A stretch of 64,000 nt of DNA, taken from assembly GCA_964188305.1 (NCBI GenBank), contig OZ076888.1; one strand, written 5' to 3'. Below are positions 35,524 to 48,994 of this stretch, piece by piece. Each line of letters begins with the position of its first letter. Positions within the stretch are counted from its first letter, which is position 1. The stretch is from Podarcis bocagei (taxonomy: Eukaryota). Below the pieces are notes generated by a model. That model searched no databases, was not told the origin of the DNA, and saw nothing but the letters and a program-made list of their open reading frames with translations. Position numbers and translations under genes: made by a program.

Positions 35524-35544
35524 GCCTTATGTATGTTTACTATA

Positions 35545-36137
35545 CATAGCTGTCAACTTACAGATTTGAAAATAAGGGACCAGCAGCCTTGAAAATAAGG
35601 GACCAGCAGCCAAAATAAGGGACCTGCAGCCTCACCTGTACCAGGCACTCCAGTCTGAGTCCTCCTGCAGTCTGGTGAAACTCATGCTGGTAGCTTCGAG
35701 AACACTGTCCAACCAACTTTGTAACCAGAGGTTCAGCTGAATAGAATCTGAATCACATGCACCACAAGGCCTATGCAGCCTCAACTTAAGATGGCTCCCC
35801 GGTCTGGCTTTGCACTGCAAAATTTTCAGCAGCACGTGCAACAAAATGGCGCCCAGCATTCAAAAACCCCCTCAGCTTGCATTAGCTAGCCACACACAAG
35901 GCATGCATGCTCCATCCCCCAGTCGTTCTTAGACTTCTTATTGGGTGAGCAACACAGCCAAGCAACACAGTTGGAGCCTCCCTCCTCCCTGGCCGGCAGG
36001 GAGGGAGGGAGAGGAGCTGCTTCCTTTGAAATTTAAGGGACACCATTTAAGGGACATCCATCAATAAGGGACAGCAGCGGGACATGGCGCTGGAATAAGG
36101 GACTGTCCCGTCAAATAAGAAACACTTGACAGCTATG
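35545..36137. mobile_element. Non-autonomous hAT element (593 bp) next to WDFY1 promoter
   Basis: TIR CATAGCTGTCAA/TTGACAGCTATG, 8-bp TSD TTACTATA/TTGCTATA, repeated subterminal AATAAGGGAC. Confidence 0.85.
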
Positions 36138-36159
36138 TTGCTATATATACCAGGTGTGG

Positions 36160-36800
36160 CTGCTTCTGGGCCTGCGAAGTTGCGAGATGGTATGAATCAC
36201 ACAGGGGGGAAATACGCCCGCCGGGACAACAAGCCCTTTCGGCGGTGCCTCTACTCTACGTTTTATGGCAGTCTCACGATGGGAGGTTGGGCGCGGCTGC
36301 TGCTGCCATTACGGCACACCCTCTCCCGCGGGTTGGGGGGGGAGGAGTGACGTCATCGTCCGTCGGCGCGCCTACTCCAGACATTACGGAAGATGTCTGC
36401 GCGCTGAAAAGCCTTTTTCCCGGAGTCGCCGCTACACCCGCCACTACGGGCCGCGCTCCCCTGGCCGGTCCGGGCTTTGCGAGATGGCGGCCGAGATCCA
36501 CTCGCGGCCTCAGAGCAGCCGGCCCGCCCTGCTGAGCAAGATCGAGGGGCACCAGGACGCCGTCAGCGCCGCGCTCATCATCCCCAAGGAGGACGGCATC
36601 ATCACCGCCAGCGAGGACAGGTGAGAGGGGGACGCCCCGGAGACCCCTTCCCCGCAGCGGGCGGCGGGAGGTGCTTCTCCCGGGCGAGGGTCGCCCGAGC
36701 CCCGGGCGCGGTAGGAAGGTCCCTCCGCTGCCTCTCTCCTCCGCACCCACGCCCGGGCCCCGCAGCCTGTTTCTTCCTTTGCAGAGACCCGCCTCTTTCC
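36160..36800 (+). promoter_or_regulatory. CpG-island promoter of WDFY1 with full CRE
   Basis: High GC and CpG around exon 1; TGACGTCA at 36348-36355; CGGAAG ETS-like core nearby; boundaries approximate. Confidence 0.8.
36484..36620 (+). CDS. WDFY1: WD repeat and FYVE domain-containing 1, exon 1
   Basis: MAAEIHSRPQSSRPALLSKIEGHQDAVSAALIIPKEDGIITASED; donor GTGAG. Confidence 0.97.
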
Positions 36801-37716
36801 TCCCCCTTTATAAGGGCGAAGCGCAGCTCTTGAGCATGAATTTTTCTTTTTCTTTTGAGGGGCAGCAAGAATTGGGAGTGGGTGGCTCTTATTTTGTCGC
36901 TCCCCCCTTTTTTGCTCTGAAATCTCGGGGTACAGAATTGTTATTGTGGGGCGGAGAGGAAAGGAGGAGGGACACGCCCCCTGCCCTCTTGCTTGGTTTT
37001 TTTTTGGGGGGGGGCTGGTCTGCCTCTGGTGGTGGTGTTCACACGCAACCACTCACCCACCTCGAACTGGAATAAAATCTGCAACAAAATGTAAGAGCAT
37101 TTCTTTAAAGAAGGAAGAAAAAGTTTTTTACACAGTAGGATCCTGTGCAAGCGCCTACGCGGAGGAGGGTGGTGCCTTTTTCCTTTTAAAAGGGATACAC
37201 ACACAAATATAAATATATATCTCAACACTCATATCCACATGCAGGGCCCTGGATGACAACGCTTCTCCACTCTCTCCTTCCTCCGCAGACACAGCCAAAA
37301 ATCCCCAGGGGGTGGTAGCCATGTTAGCCTGCCACAGCAAACATGTGAGTTTGTGGTGGGATGGGAAGCCTTGTGAGACTTAACAGATTTGTTTCCTTGG
37401 TGGACTAGACCAGAGCTTGCTTTGTCGGATGTAGGGAGAGCTGCATTCTTGGGCAGCAGCTGCACAGGTGGGTTTGCAAGTGGGCACCTGAGATGGCTAA
37501 ACAATGGACACCCCCCCCCCCCCGACTGTGAAATGCAAGGGGAAGTGTTGGGGGGTCGTTTTATATCTTGCTGCGCTGCAGAGAGCCCCTAGGACACATG
37601 CAAACTTGCAGGAAATCTCTCTCTCTCTGTCCTCCCCTTCCCCAAGATTGCCAGGACTGGGGAGTGGTTTTGGCGCTACTTACCCAGTTTAGATTTCTGG
37701 TGTTGAGAGTTTGAGA

Positions 37717-37812
37717 CATAAGAATGTAAGAGGAGCCTGCTGGATCAGGTGATCTAGTCCAGCATCCTGTTCTCACAGTGGCCAGCCAGATCCCTCTAGG
37801 AAGCTTGCAGGA
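37717..37812 (-). mobile_element. CR1-type 3' fragment
   Basis: CATAAGAA tail, ATCTAGTCCAGCATCCTGTTCTCACAGTGGCC; opposite-strand relative at about 55400-55535. Confidence 0.55.
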
Positions 37813-38174
37813 CACCCACACAATAACACTGACCCGTGGGGGAAAGGGAATCAAATAGGGTGATCAGGTATTAACCTTGCTTGTCAGGTATTAATAACCA
37901 AAAGCTGTCTCCGGTCCTACATCTGTTCAGCCAGAAAATCTTCCTTTTTAGTTGCGTAGAAGCCACAGCCGAACTGGATAAAAGGAGTAGTGTCAGGCCT
38001 TGGGTTATGGCAGGCTTTCATCACACATACATCCACCCCAACTTCTCTGTTTAAGTGAGGGGTGACCTCAGCAGCGACGCTGTACAGTGGGGAGAAAAAG
38101 AGGCCTGCATACGCATGAAGGCACGTTTTTGTTGTTGGCTGCAGTACACATTTCATGGGTGAGTTCTGATGTTT

Positions 38175-38318
38175 TCATAGAATCATAGAACTGGATGGGA
38201 CCCTGAGGATCATCTAGTCCAACCTCCTGCGGTGCAGGAATATGCAGCTGTCACTTATGGGGATCAAGCCTGCAACCTTGGCGTTGTCAGCACCATGCTC
38301 TAACCAACTGAGCTGCCC
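38175..38318 (-). mobile_element. tRNA(Ile)-derived SINE with CR1 tail
   Basis: Minus: AGCTCAGTTGGTTAGAGCATGGTGCTGACAACGCCAAGGTTGCAGGCTTGATCCCC then GGTTGGACTAGATGATC...TTCTATGATTCTATGA. Confidence 0.75.
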
Positions 38319-40392
38319 ACGACTCCCACCTTCAAATGTAGGTTGTGTGATGAAGTCCTGGTGAATCCAATCTCTAATGATACCCAAGGAGAGCCCTTAA
38401 CCAGTCACCCCAGGATTGTTTGGAGAGAAGCAAGTGAGAATTGGGGGGGGGATGCACACCAGTTTGGATAGACTGGTGACCTTCCCCCAATGCAGATAGA
38501 GAGAGAAACAGACAGGCCAATTTGCTCATTCTATTTGTAGAACTGCCAGAAAACCTTCAGCTTCGGGTAGGAAGGGCAACTTTGAGCTCCCCTGAGACAA
38601 AGCTGAGTTCTGTGCAACTTTAATGCTTGCATAACCTTATCTGATGATGGATTATATTTCTGAGTTATTCAGAGAAAAAAATATAAAGGCTTTTCTGTCC
38701 ACCCTCCCCATATTTCACATTATCCCTACATCAAAACACCCCCTGCCCTGTGTGCGCATGCACATGTGTTGGGTGTGTGTGTGTGTGGAGAGAGAAATGG
38801 TTGAATACTGGCACACTGCCTTGAAGCAGAAATAGCCCATCCCATTTACTCAGCCTGGGGAAGTGTCTGACTGTACAGAAATACTTTCTTCCTTCTGCTC
38901 TCCCCTCACAAAGACAAAGAGCACTCATACTCCAGCACAAATACTTTTTCGCATTGGTTTGGTTGCTTTAAAAAAACCCATTTTTGTGTCTCCTTAGCCC
39001 CTTCACTCCTTCTTTGCCCTACTCTGGCCTGTGAATTTGTTCCTTGAAAGCTTCTCTGACCACTCTTTATATTGCACCTTTGATTTGCATGGCTGAGTTA
39101 CAGAGTCAAGTCCTTGATAGCCAAAGTTTAGATTATCTGCTTTGATTTTGCATGCTGCTTTGCACTAACAACATAATTTGCACACGTTCTTCAAGTTGTG
39201 TATTGCCAGCTGCCAACCAGCAGGTAACATCGATGTTCAAATTGCCTTTGTCTTCGTTGTGATGGAGCAGAATTTATAGGGGAATATACATGTTAGTCTT
39301 TTAAGCAGATGGTGCACAAGAGAGTGCGTAGAGAAAACTGCCCCACAAAGCTGTGCTTAAGCAATCAAGATAATAATCGGTTTCATCAGACCAAAGGGTT
39401 AATTGGTGCTAGTTCCAAAAGCCCTTGGGGATTACAGCATCTGTTGCACAGGATTACATTTAAGCTAAGAGAAGAATGCATGTTTCCTCAAAGTGGATGA
39501 ACAATGTGGCTCAGCAATACCAGACGAAGCATTTTGATTCTTGGCTTGTTATTCCATGCAGTGCTCGAAGTGTGCAGAGGGGAGGTCGCTCTTGTTGTTA
39601 CTCACATGGGTGGAAATTCATCAGCAGACTTCCTAGCACCCAGTAGTGCCATGCACCTTGGGGCCTTGGCCACGCATGTCATCTCATGTCATCCGAGAAC
39701 TGGGATGGGGGTAGTGGCCAGGTGTGAGCGGTCAGCTGGCAAATCCACCATTCCAGTTGCACCTCAGCAACAAACCTGTTCAGTCTCTATTCTCTGATTG
39801 TGTATATTTGTTGCCATTTTTGTTGTCAAATGCTCATACTCTTTTTTCTTAATGCTGTTTTGATGCATTGCGTTATTGTGCTCATTCAACAACAATACCT
39901 ATATACTGCAATGCATTAAAAAATATCATGATTAGGATTTCTCAAAAAATGTTGTCATGGATGAAGCTGGGGTGGGGGGCAGAAGTCTGTTACCTTCACT
40001 GTTATCACCGGAATTGTTTAAACATAGTGTGTATTCACAAAGCACCCAAATGACTGTTCAATTCCACTTCCTTCAAGTATTTCATCCTGAAATCAGTCTC
40101 TCCATATTTCATCCATCTTCTCTCAATGTACTTCTCTCTACACACCTTTTCTCTTGAGCTTTTATTTATTTTGCAGCACTCACCCTTGCCAGTTATGAGA
40201 ATGGCAAGTTTAGGGCTTTCTAACTTAACAATCATTCTTCCGAGTCAAGTACAAAAGCTTGGTGAGCTCTGTAGCCGAGTCAGGATTTGAACACGTTCCC
40301 CATATCCATTCGCTACCCTGAAGGTCAGGGATGGGGAACTTCAGGCCTGGGGTGAATGGGGCCCTGAATGTGGCTCTCCAGTTCTCTCTAAC

Positions 40393-40649
40393 TGGGAGCC
40401 AGTGTGGTGTAGCAGTTAAGAGTGGTGGACTCGTAATCTGGTGAACCGGGTTCACTTCCCCTCTCCTCCACATGCAGCTGCTGGGTGACCTTGGGCTAAG
40501 CGTCTTTGAAGTCTCTCAGCCCCACTCACCTCACAGAGTGTTTGTTGTGGGGGAGGAAGGGAAAGGAGAATGTTAGCTGCTTTGAGACTCGTTTAGGTAG
40601 TGATAAAGCGGGATATCAAATCCAAACTCTTCTCCTCTTCTTCTTCTTC
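40393..40649 (+). mobile_element. tRNA-derived CORE-like SINE with (CTT)n tail (Squam3-like)
   Basis: GCCAGTGTGGTGTAG head, GGGTGACCTTGGGC core, CTT tail; copy at 49788. Confidence 0.7.
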
Positions 40650-41445
40650 TATCTGGCCCATGGGACTTCTCCCAGCCGTGCCCCCTCCTAAGCCACACTC
40701 TTCACTAGCCCTGCTTTGCCACCACCTTTGAATGTTCTTGTCTGGCTAGAACGTGCCCTTAAATTCTGATAATGCCTTTTGCTTCCCTGGGTGGAAAATG
40801 GAGAGGAATGTGTGAGTGTGATGAAGCTAGTCCACTGTACAAAGGTACAATTCACACTTCATTGCTTTGACCACTTTGTCTCTGGCCTGCCCACCACTGG
40901 CATGTGATACCCTCTTCCAGTTGCCCAAGTGGGAATATGAAAAATGTCTCGCACGCCTCCCCCAAGTGCTGGACCATGTTAGTTTTCTGCTATATGATAC
41001 ACTTCAAAGGTAACAGGGTTACGATGGAGGTAACGTCCCTGTTTCTGGTCTAACCTCTAATCTGAGCCAGGGATACATTTGAGACCACAAGTAGGCCACA
41101 ATAAAAGGACTGCATGTATTTTTGTGGCCCTAATTCTCTGTACCAGTTATACTGTATATCTTAGAACCAGCATGAAAATGAGCAAGTCATACTGAAAAGC
41201 CAAAGATTATATAAGTATTATATAGCTGTGGTGTTATGGCTCATAAAAAGTCAGCTGATAGGCCACTGATATAGTACGGCAGACGAAGCACAAGGAAATA
41301 GCCAGGATTAAAATAAATGACTCCTTTTAATACTGGTGTGTCTGGTAGACATAAATTAAGATACATACTTGCCTGAAAGCACTTGAAATATTATTTTCCA
41401 CGTTTCACTGCAAAATGATTCTTTTTTCTTTCCCTAAATTCACAG

Positions 41446-41513
41446 GACAATTAGAGTATGGCTGAAGAGGGACAGTGGTCAGTACTGGCCCAGCATTTAC
41501 CACACAATGTCAT
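41446..41513 (+). CDS. WDFY1: WDFY1 exon 2
   Basis: RTIRVWLKRDSGQYWPSIYHTMS; 68 nt. Confidence 0.96.
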
Positions 41514-41645
41514 GTAAGTAAGTACAGACACTGTTTTGTTGATATCATTGGCTGAGTGTGTCTCTTGTGCAAATCTAGGAAGAGATCTAGGAAGTTGATG
41601 TATGTTATGTCCTGCTGTTTTGGGTACTACTATTAATGTTTTGTA

Positions 41646-41869
41646 CAGTGGAACCTTGTGTTACGGACGGGATCTGTTCCGGAGACCCGTCCGGTAACAT
41701 GGAACTGACACAAGCTGAAGCGCCACATCTGTGCACATGCGCAGCGCGATTTGGCGCTTCTGCGCAAGTGGCGAAACCCAGAAGTAACCCGTTCTGGTGC
41801 TTCCAGGTTGCTGCGGGACGCAGCACGAAAACACGTAACCTGAAGCGGGCGCAACATGAGGTATGACTG
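41646..41869. mobile_element. Tc1/mariner (Tigger-like) MITE
   Basis: TA-CAGTGGAACCT...AGGTATGACTG-TA, internal palindrome. Confidence 0.65.
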
Positions 41870-42974
41870 TACAGTGGTTTCAGTGTGTGATGTTAAATCT
41901 TTTTCTTTCTAATTATTACTGCTACATTGCATTTTGTCACGCTGCAGACCGCTCTGTGAGAAAAAGGGTAGAACAATAATAGTATTTATCACTATAGTAG
42001 TAGCATGAAAGTAGCAGTAGATGGCTGTTATTGTCAATCAGGATGAAGGCATTTGTTTTAATTCCTTGATCCTTTTGTGGCTCCTGTCTGTGCTCTTTCT
42101 GACTCCTTTAAAGGCTTTTGCTGGTGCTTCCTCAGTAGACTTGTTTTAGCAGCCTGCCTGTTGATCCACGAGATCGTCTTGTGACCCATGTAGGAACTTT
42201 ACAGCTGGAGGAAACTGACAAATGCAAGAACATCATTCATGCTCTGTGAAGTTGCATGAGATTAAGTTTTCTGCTTCTGGGAAGTTCAGTTACTTATCTA
42301 GCTCTGCCTATCTAGTATATTTTGCAAATCGGTTTTAACTTTGCTAATAGAATGACTTGCTTTGTTTAGCCATTTTTGTTGTTGCTTAAATAAGCTTCTA
42401 CTCAACTCAAAAGAGAAGAGAGGGAAAGAGATGAATGCTGCTGTTGTTTTCGCCCACCAAGCTGATAATTGAAACCAGAGCCTCGTTTTAGCTGGGTCAT
42501 CTTAACATTAAGTCAAACCTAACAAAGCTTTTGCTTTTAAATATGATTGCCAACTGTAGAGGAAAAACAGCTTGGCTTTCTCTTTTGTCTCTAACAGCAG
42601 TTTCATCCATTAAAAAAATCAGCAGATACTTTTCATAATATGCAGAAAGCACAATCACTAATGTTTTCAAATTAAACTGCTGTTTAAGCTTAAGAGCATT
42701 AAGGCAGTGCTCTCTAAGAATCCTGATGGCGAGATACTAAGGCTGCAATCTTATATACTCTTTCCTTCTGAGTAGACATGCCTAGGGCTGTGCTTTTGAA
42801 ACAGAGGGTGTTCAGTGGAAATTCTTCTGGTTTTCCTTGGAAGAAACATGGATGAATAATAATTTCACTGCAAAACAATTCCTAATGTTGATAATGCTTC
42901 GACTGGCAAAAATATTCGATTTAGATTAATTCCTATGTAAAAATTATTTTGTAAATATGTATTTCTTTGGGCAG

Positions 42975-43048
42975 CTCCCTGTTCCACCATGGCTTATCAT
43001 CATGACAGCAGGCGGATATTTGTGGGTCAAGATAACGGAGCCATTATG
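42975..43048 (+). CDS. WDFY1: WDFY1 exon 3
   Basis: SPCSTMAYHHDSRRIFVGQDNGAIM; 74 nt. Confidence 0.96.
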
Positions 43049-43139
43049 GTCAGTATCTCATTTGTATTCAATACGCTTTTTAAGTATTGAGTGCTAGAGT
43101 CCTGTCTAGCCAAGTTGCATGGGATCAATTCCAATCTGT

Positions 43140-43495
43140 TACGTCTGAGGATGACCTGGGTCATCGTACAGCCCGGACACTGAGGTTCAGCGCTGAGGGC
43201 CCTCTGGCGGTTCCCTCACTGTGAGAAGCGAAGTTACAGGGAACTAGGCAGAGGGCCTTCTCGGTAGTGGCACCCGCCCTGTGGAAAACCCTCGCATCAG
43301 ATGTCAAGGAAATAAACAAATATATGACTTTTAGAATACATCTGAAGGCAACCCTGTATCGGGAAATTTTTTGTGCCTAATGTTTTACAATTTTTTACGT
43401 ATTTTTACGTATTGTAAGCTTCCCAGAGTGGCTGGATATTATTTATACGCAGTGGGATATAAGTAATAAAGTTGTTGTTAGTTGTTGTTATATTA

Positions 43496-43540
<45 letters not shown>
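43140..43540 (+). mobile_element. L2-clade LINE 3' fragment with (ATT)n tail
   Basis: Matches 33530-33852. Confidence 0.75.
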
Positions 43541-43541
<1 letters not shown>

Positions 43542-43633
43542 AAATTAAACCCATGCTAAAAATGAGCCTTGCAGTCTTGAATGCATGCAGCAGAATACTG
43601 TTCCTGCTGAGCTCTCCCCCCCCCCAATATATA

Positions 43634-43891
43634 CCGTATTTTTTGCTCTATGACTCACTTTTTCCCTCCTAAAAAGTGAGGGGAAATGTGTGTGCTTCTT
43701 ATGGAGCGAATGCAGGCTGCGCAGCTATCCCAGAAGCCAGAACACCAAGAGGGATTGCTGCTTTCACTGTGCAGTGATCCCTCTTGCTGTTCTGGCTTCT
43801 GAGATTCAGAATATATTTTTTTCTTGTTTTCCTCCTCCAAAAACTAGGTGCGTCTTGTGGTCTAGTGCGTCTTATGGAGCGAAAAATACGG
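43634..43891. mobile_element. Tc1/mariner-type MITE (CCGTATTTTT family)
   Basis: TIRs with TA flanks. Confidence 0.85.
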
Positions 43892-44622
43892 TATATACTG
43901 GGAACAGTTGCTCATGGGCTTTCCTTTCCCAATACTCCTAAAGGAGCAGATTATGGAGCTCCCAATTGTACGGATAGAAATTCAGGCTGATTTTCATGGC
44001 CTCCAGTTGTGCTCGTTTTCAGTCCACCTAAAGCTGCGAGGGGAAGCGGTAGTGTTAAGCCATCAGGACCAAACAGTGACTGATTTAGGTGGTGCAGAGG
44101 CTGGTTCAATTGGTACAGCTTCCAGACTGCTGTGAACACAGGGGTCTCTGTGTTTCCTTAAGATCCTTCCTGGTCTCCCACGTAGAGCTGACCTACATCT
44201 TTAGAAAAGCACCTGGAAGGCCCAGGACTTGAGATAACCAGGCTAGAGGTGAGAGAATTGTATTCTCAAGCAGCCTTGTGTCAGAAACACCCTTATAGTG
44301 AACACGCTGAGGAGGAGAAAAGCTTCCAGCTTGCTGTTCCTAAGGGGTAGGTATCTTCTGTATAGATTCTTTTTAAAAAATATGCAGTGGAGCCTTCCAA
44401 TGAGCACTTCCCTCGCTTACATTCTGAAATTGTACAGGTCCAGAAGATTGTACCACACATGTAATTTGTAGATTGGCATTTTGCTGTGTTCCATTCACTT
44501 GGGTATAGATGCATGTCCTCTTGGCTGTTTTCCGCATTTGTTGGCTATTTGAGTTATTAATATTCTGTTGGGAGCAGCCCAGAGTGGCTGGGGAAACCCA
44601 GTCAGATGGGCAGGGTGTGTGT

Positions 44623-44668
<46 letters not shown>

Positions 44669-44967
44669 CTTATTTAAAATAGGGAAAATGTAGCAGTTTG
44701 TATGGGACCATATCCCTTATTATTATTTACTGTTTTCTTAGTGCTGTACAGCACTTCTTACGTTATCCCTGAGATCATTCTTCAAAATCCTAGTGAAGCT
44801 GAATGGATGGCAGTTGAAGACCACCTAAACATTCCTCCATATGAAAGCACAGCTTAAATAGATGGAAATCCCTTGCAGCTTTTCTTATTGTGTCACCTGA
44901 GCCTGCCTGATCTTGAGAGAAGATTGTGCCTCTTTCTCTTAATAACAGCTTGGTTGCTTGGTTTCAG

Positions 44968-45022
44968 GAGTTTCATATCTCAGAAGACTTCAATAAGATG
45001 AACTTTGTCAAGACTTACCCAG
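44968..45022 (+). CDS. WDFY1: WDFY1 exon 4
   Basis: EFHISEDFNKMNFVKTYP; 55 nt. Confidence 0.96.
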
Positions 45023-46697
45023 GTAATGAATCAGCAAAGTGTGCATTATCCTTTCCCCCAGAGGTGGGAAATTTTAGATCATTGGCTTGTAATGTATGAC
45101 CTGTCTTAACTTGCATCAGATTATTATTGTCCCTGTTTTGAGACACAACTGATTATCTACCTACGTGAGCCGAAAGCATACATTCCGTAACTTAAGTATC
45201 GAAAACAAAATAGAAAATGGTAAAATATATTTTAATGATGGGTAACCATTAGGTTTCAGAAAGGTTGGATCCAGACTATGCAGTAATCAGGGCAGGTTAG
45301 TTGTGACTAATTTCAGGCCCTTTGATTTTCAGTGGAACAGAAAATCATGAAAGCACGATTAACTTGGTGTGGGGCTAAGTAGTGGTAATTACCAATTTAA
45401 CTTCTGTCCATTGCTGGCTTTTCCTTCCATTTTATGGGTTCTGAGGCCACTTGTGGGATGGGCTTGACCTAACATTCTTTAAGCAACCTACCTTTCTTTA
45501 AGCAACTGTTCTCTGCTGCTCTGTAGATGATTCTGAGCTCAGACACCTATCGCACAACATTTACATGGTGGGGCAATACAGTTTGGCTACAAACAACGAC
45601 CAGGCTTTTGACTTCAACTGATCTCCCAGCTCCTCTCTTCAGTTCCAGCTAAATCTGTTGCAGCTTTGCCAGGGATCAACGGATCAGGAAGAAAGTCTGC
45701 ATGGGACAGTGTAGGGAAGACATCTGGGTGCACATTATGCCCCATTCTGGGGAGCATGTGCACAGGGAAGAGATGGGGAACATTTGACGGCTCCATTTGA
45801 AAGCAGCCTTTCTTGACTGCAAGGCCAACCCCATCGAAACAGACCTATCTTATGATGTGTCACTCTTTCTACAGATGCGAATGTTGGCTTTGAGAGAGAC
45901 CTTGTGTTAAAATGACAACAAAAGAGTCTTTATGTCACGGCAGATGACGCTTGTCTATTCCAATATAATACTTTTCTCTATTCCAACTAATTTCACAGTG
46001 GTTCGCCCCCAATGCTCCCTCCTTCGATCACCTGATCTGATTCACTGTTTAATCTCATTTGCAATCACATATGTGCTTCACCTAAGCTGTTGTTTTGCCA
46101 TAATGGAGACTGACCTTCATATATCCATGTGAAGGATGTGACTCACCGCAAGAAGCCTTTAAATAAATGAACTCCTGGCAAATGGGGGGGGGGGACAGAA
46201 AATGCACACTGTTGTTCAAACAATCATAGCAAAGTCACTGCCTTCCCAATAAACTTAAATTTGTTTTCCAGGAAGGCCAGCCATCTTTGGAGTCTTCCAT
46301 GTGTACTTCAGAACAAAGTTTGCATTCAACAGTTTTGTGCCTTGACTTTTGCTTCTCTCTCTCCTTCTACCATAAATGCCTCAGGAGGCCCACAAATTAA
46401 ATGGGAGCCTGGCTGCAAGTTATTTTCCTCCCTATCTTTTGTTGATAATACTGGCTGCATTGCTGTGGGTTAAGTCACTGGTATTATGTCTGTCAGCATT
46501 TTTTTTTCCTCCTGAAAAAGCATGGGGTGCCACAGTAGGTTCTGGGACTGCAGACAAACCTTACGTTCCTCTTCTCGCCCCCTTTCCCTGACAGCCATCG
46601 TATAAGATGGAAACAAGGCTTAAATGTATGGATTGAACGAGTCACCTGTAGAGCAATGCATCCTGCAAAAATATTCTCTTCTTTTGTGTCTCTGCAG

Positions 46698-46848
46698 CTC
46701 ATCAGAACAGAGTATCTGCGGTCATCTTCTGCTTGGAAGCCGAGTGGGTTATCAGCACCGGCCACGATAAATGTGTCAGCTGGATGTGTACCAGAAGTGG
46801 AAACATGCTGGGACGACATTATTTCACCTCCTGGGCTTCTTGCCTACA
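46698..46848 (+). CDS. WDFY1: WDFY1 exon 5
   Basis: AHQNRVSAVIFCLEAEWVISTGHDKCVSWMCTRSGNMLGRHYFTSWASCL; 151 nt. Confidence 0.96.
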
Positions 46849-47202
46849 GTATCTTTCAGAGTAATTGTATCATAGCAGATGTGGGAGTTTCTGAAGGTTT
46901 ATTTAAAGTGTGCCCAAAGCTCAGTCGCTCTACTGCACAATTCTATATTCATTTTGAATAGCCTCTGCCAAAAGAGTAGAAGTGTTTTAAGTGACTCTTT
47001 CTGCTGTTAGATTTCATTAGTGTAAGAGCTTTTAAAGAGTCTACTGTAGCTAACAGGTTGAGGAAGTACTAGTCACTGTTGCTGTATGTAATATTTGTCT
47101 GGCAATTCAGCAGTCTCAAGCTAGGCGCCACATGTGCTTCAGAAATCCTCTTCAAGTGTTCTGCAAACACATGATGGGTGGGGGTGCTTGAGGACCAGCA
47201 TG

Positions 47203-47228
47203 CTATAATAATAATAATAATTAATAAT

Positions 47229-47277
<49 letters not shown>

Positions 47278-47350
47278 TATTTATACCCCGCCCATCTGGC
47301 TGGGTTTCCCCAGCTACTCTGGGTGACTCCCAACAAAATGTTAAAAATAC
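47203..47350 (-). repeat. (AAT)n/(AAC)n microsatellite tail of an L2 3' end
   Basis: Compound trinucleotide run adjoining ATACCCCGCCCATCTGGCTGGGTTTCCCCAGC. Confidence 0.8.
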
Positions 47351-48994
47351 ATTATGCTACCCCTGCTCTGATCGTCATCTGTTAGTTGAAGGGCGAATGC
47401 ATTCCTGAGTTCATGGAGGCTTACCGTGCATTTTAGAACCCTTATTTTCTAGGATTCTAAAAATGTGCAGGGAGCCTCCATGAGTACAGGATTGCAGAAC
47501 CACTTTGCTTTCATATGTAATGCCTGAAGGAGGCTACAAGCTGCTGGGAGTGCTAGGTGCTGTCTTCATTCAGTGTTAGGAATGACAATCTGTAATCCGT
47601 AAGGTGTTCTCTTTATATCCAAAGGGTCACTTTGGTGTTGACGCTCACAGACCATAGAATGAAAATGCAGGGTGTGCACACTTAGGCATTGGCTGGGAGG
47701 TTTAAAAAAATATTTCACACCAGTTTATTGTATTAGGTGGGTGGACAAGTAGGGAATATCTGTCAATCATTCTGCCCAGTCACCTTTCTCACCCCTCCAG
47801 CCTATTGCTGAAGACACAACCCTTTCTGGTGGAACAGAGTGTTATAGCACACAGTTCTGCTATTTAGTATATTTTAGAACTATGTATTCATCTAGGCATA
47901 GCATGTTGGGAAGGACATCAAAGACATGCCGCGATCCTTGCTAATCCAAAATCGGCAGCCCTCTCTTGTGGCACTTTAAAGACTACGTTTTAAAAATAAT
48001 AATGATTGGATTTTATAAGTTTTTAGTGGCATAAGCTTTTCTGGGCTGCATTCTTCCCCAGGTTGCATCTGTATCACAGTTGTTTTAAATATGTTTTTTT
48101 ATTGTTTTATTGCTTGTTGTTTGCCGCCCTGGGCTCTTTTGGGAAGAAGGATGGGATACAAGTTTAATAATACAGTTCACTTCATTGAATGTCAGCTGTC
48201 TGCTCCACGAAAACTGGATGACATGATATGTTAGCCTTCAAGGTGCTACAAGACTCTTAGTTCTGTTTACTGACAGCTACTCCCCTGGGAGTTTCCTTTA
48301 GGTGTTGAGTTAGTCTATGAGAGAGCTGTGATTTTAACCCAGGTCATATAGGTTCACTCTGTCCAGTAAATCATTCTGACTCTGAACTTTACTGAGAATC
48401 TAGCATGGTTTTCCCAGAAAGCATCATCTTTATCTTTTGGGGGAGAGAGAAAGTAAAGCCTTCCTTTTCCTCAGCAGGGTTTTTCTTCTCCTTATTGTCA
48501 CACACTGTTTGCTGGAGTCATTAATAGCAGGACAGATTATTATTTCACTACCCTTGTCAAGAGCTTCTGAAATATAGCAGCTAATGAGCCAGTTAGAGAC
48601 AGTTAAGCAAACATGAAACGTTGCAGCATGGGCAGTCAAGAGTATTGTCTACTCCATAAAAGCAAACACTGACAATATTACACAAGTAATGGAATAATGC
48701 TGGTAATGAGGCTGGCCAACAGGCTGGCTCAGTGCATACACTGCCAGTCTTCATTTGTGACAACCGCTCCCCCTCACCCAACTACCCCCTTTTTGATATG
48801 TGGTTTGCAAGCCAAGTCTTCAAAGTGTGAAGTAGCACACAGTGCAGCATGCTGGCCTTGGGTTTTTTTTCAGATCTGCCCAATTCAGAAGGAGGCAGCA
48901 GTGAAGCGCAGCTCTTCTGTTCCTGCTCAGGAGTGACCCCCGTGCCACAGCTTGTATTTCCGTGCTTGTAGACCTTGCAGTAATTTTATACGTA

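Noticed and set aside
35565-35625. Repeated AAAATAAGGGACC units resembling an array
   Set aside because: Subterminal repeats of the hAT element; no unique spacers, eukaryotic context, not CRISPR
36126-37228. Several long overlapping ORFs around WDFY1 exon 1
   Set aside because: Expected from stop-poor GC-rich CpG island; only 36484-36620 matches a known protein
38258-38318. tRNA-Ile-like sequence
   Set aside because: Acceptor stem and T-arm degenerate and fused to a CR1 tail; SINE head, not a tRNA gene
47069-47408. Poly-Leu, poly-Val and poly-Asn ORFs
   Set aside because: Translations of an (AAT)n(AAC)n microsatellite
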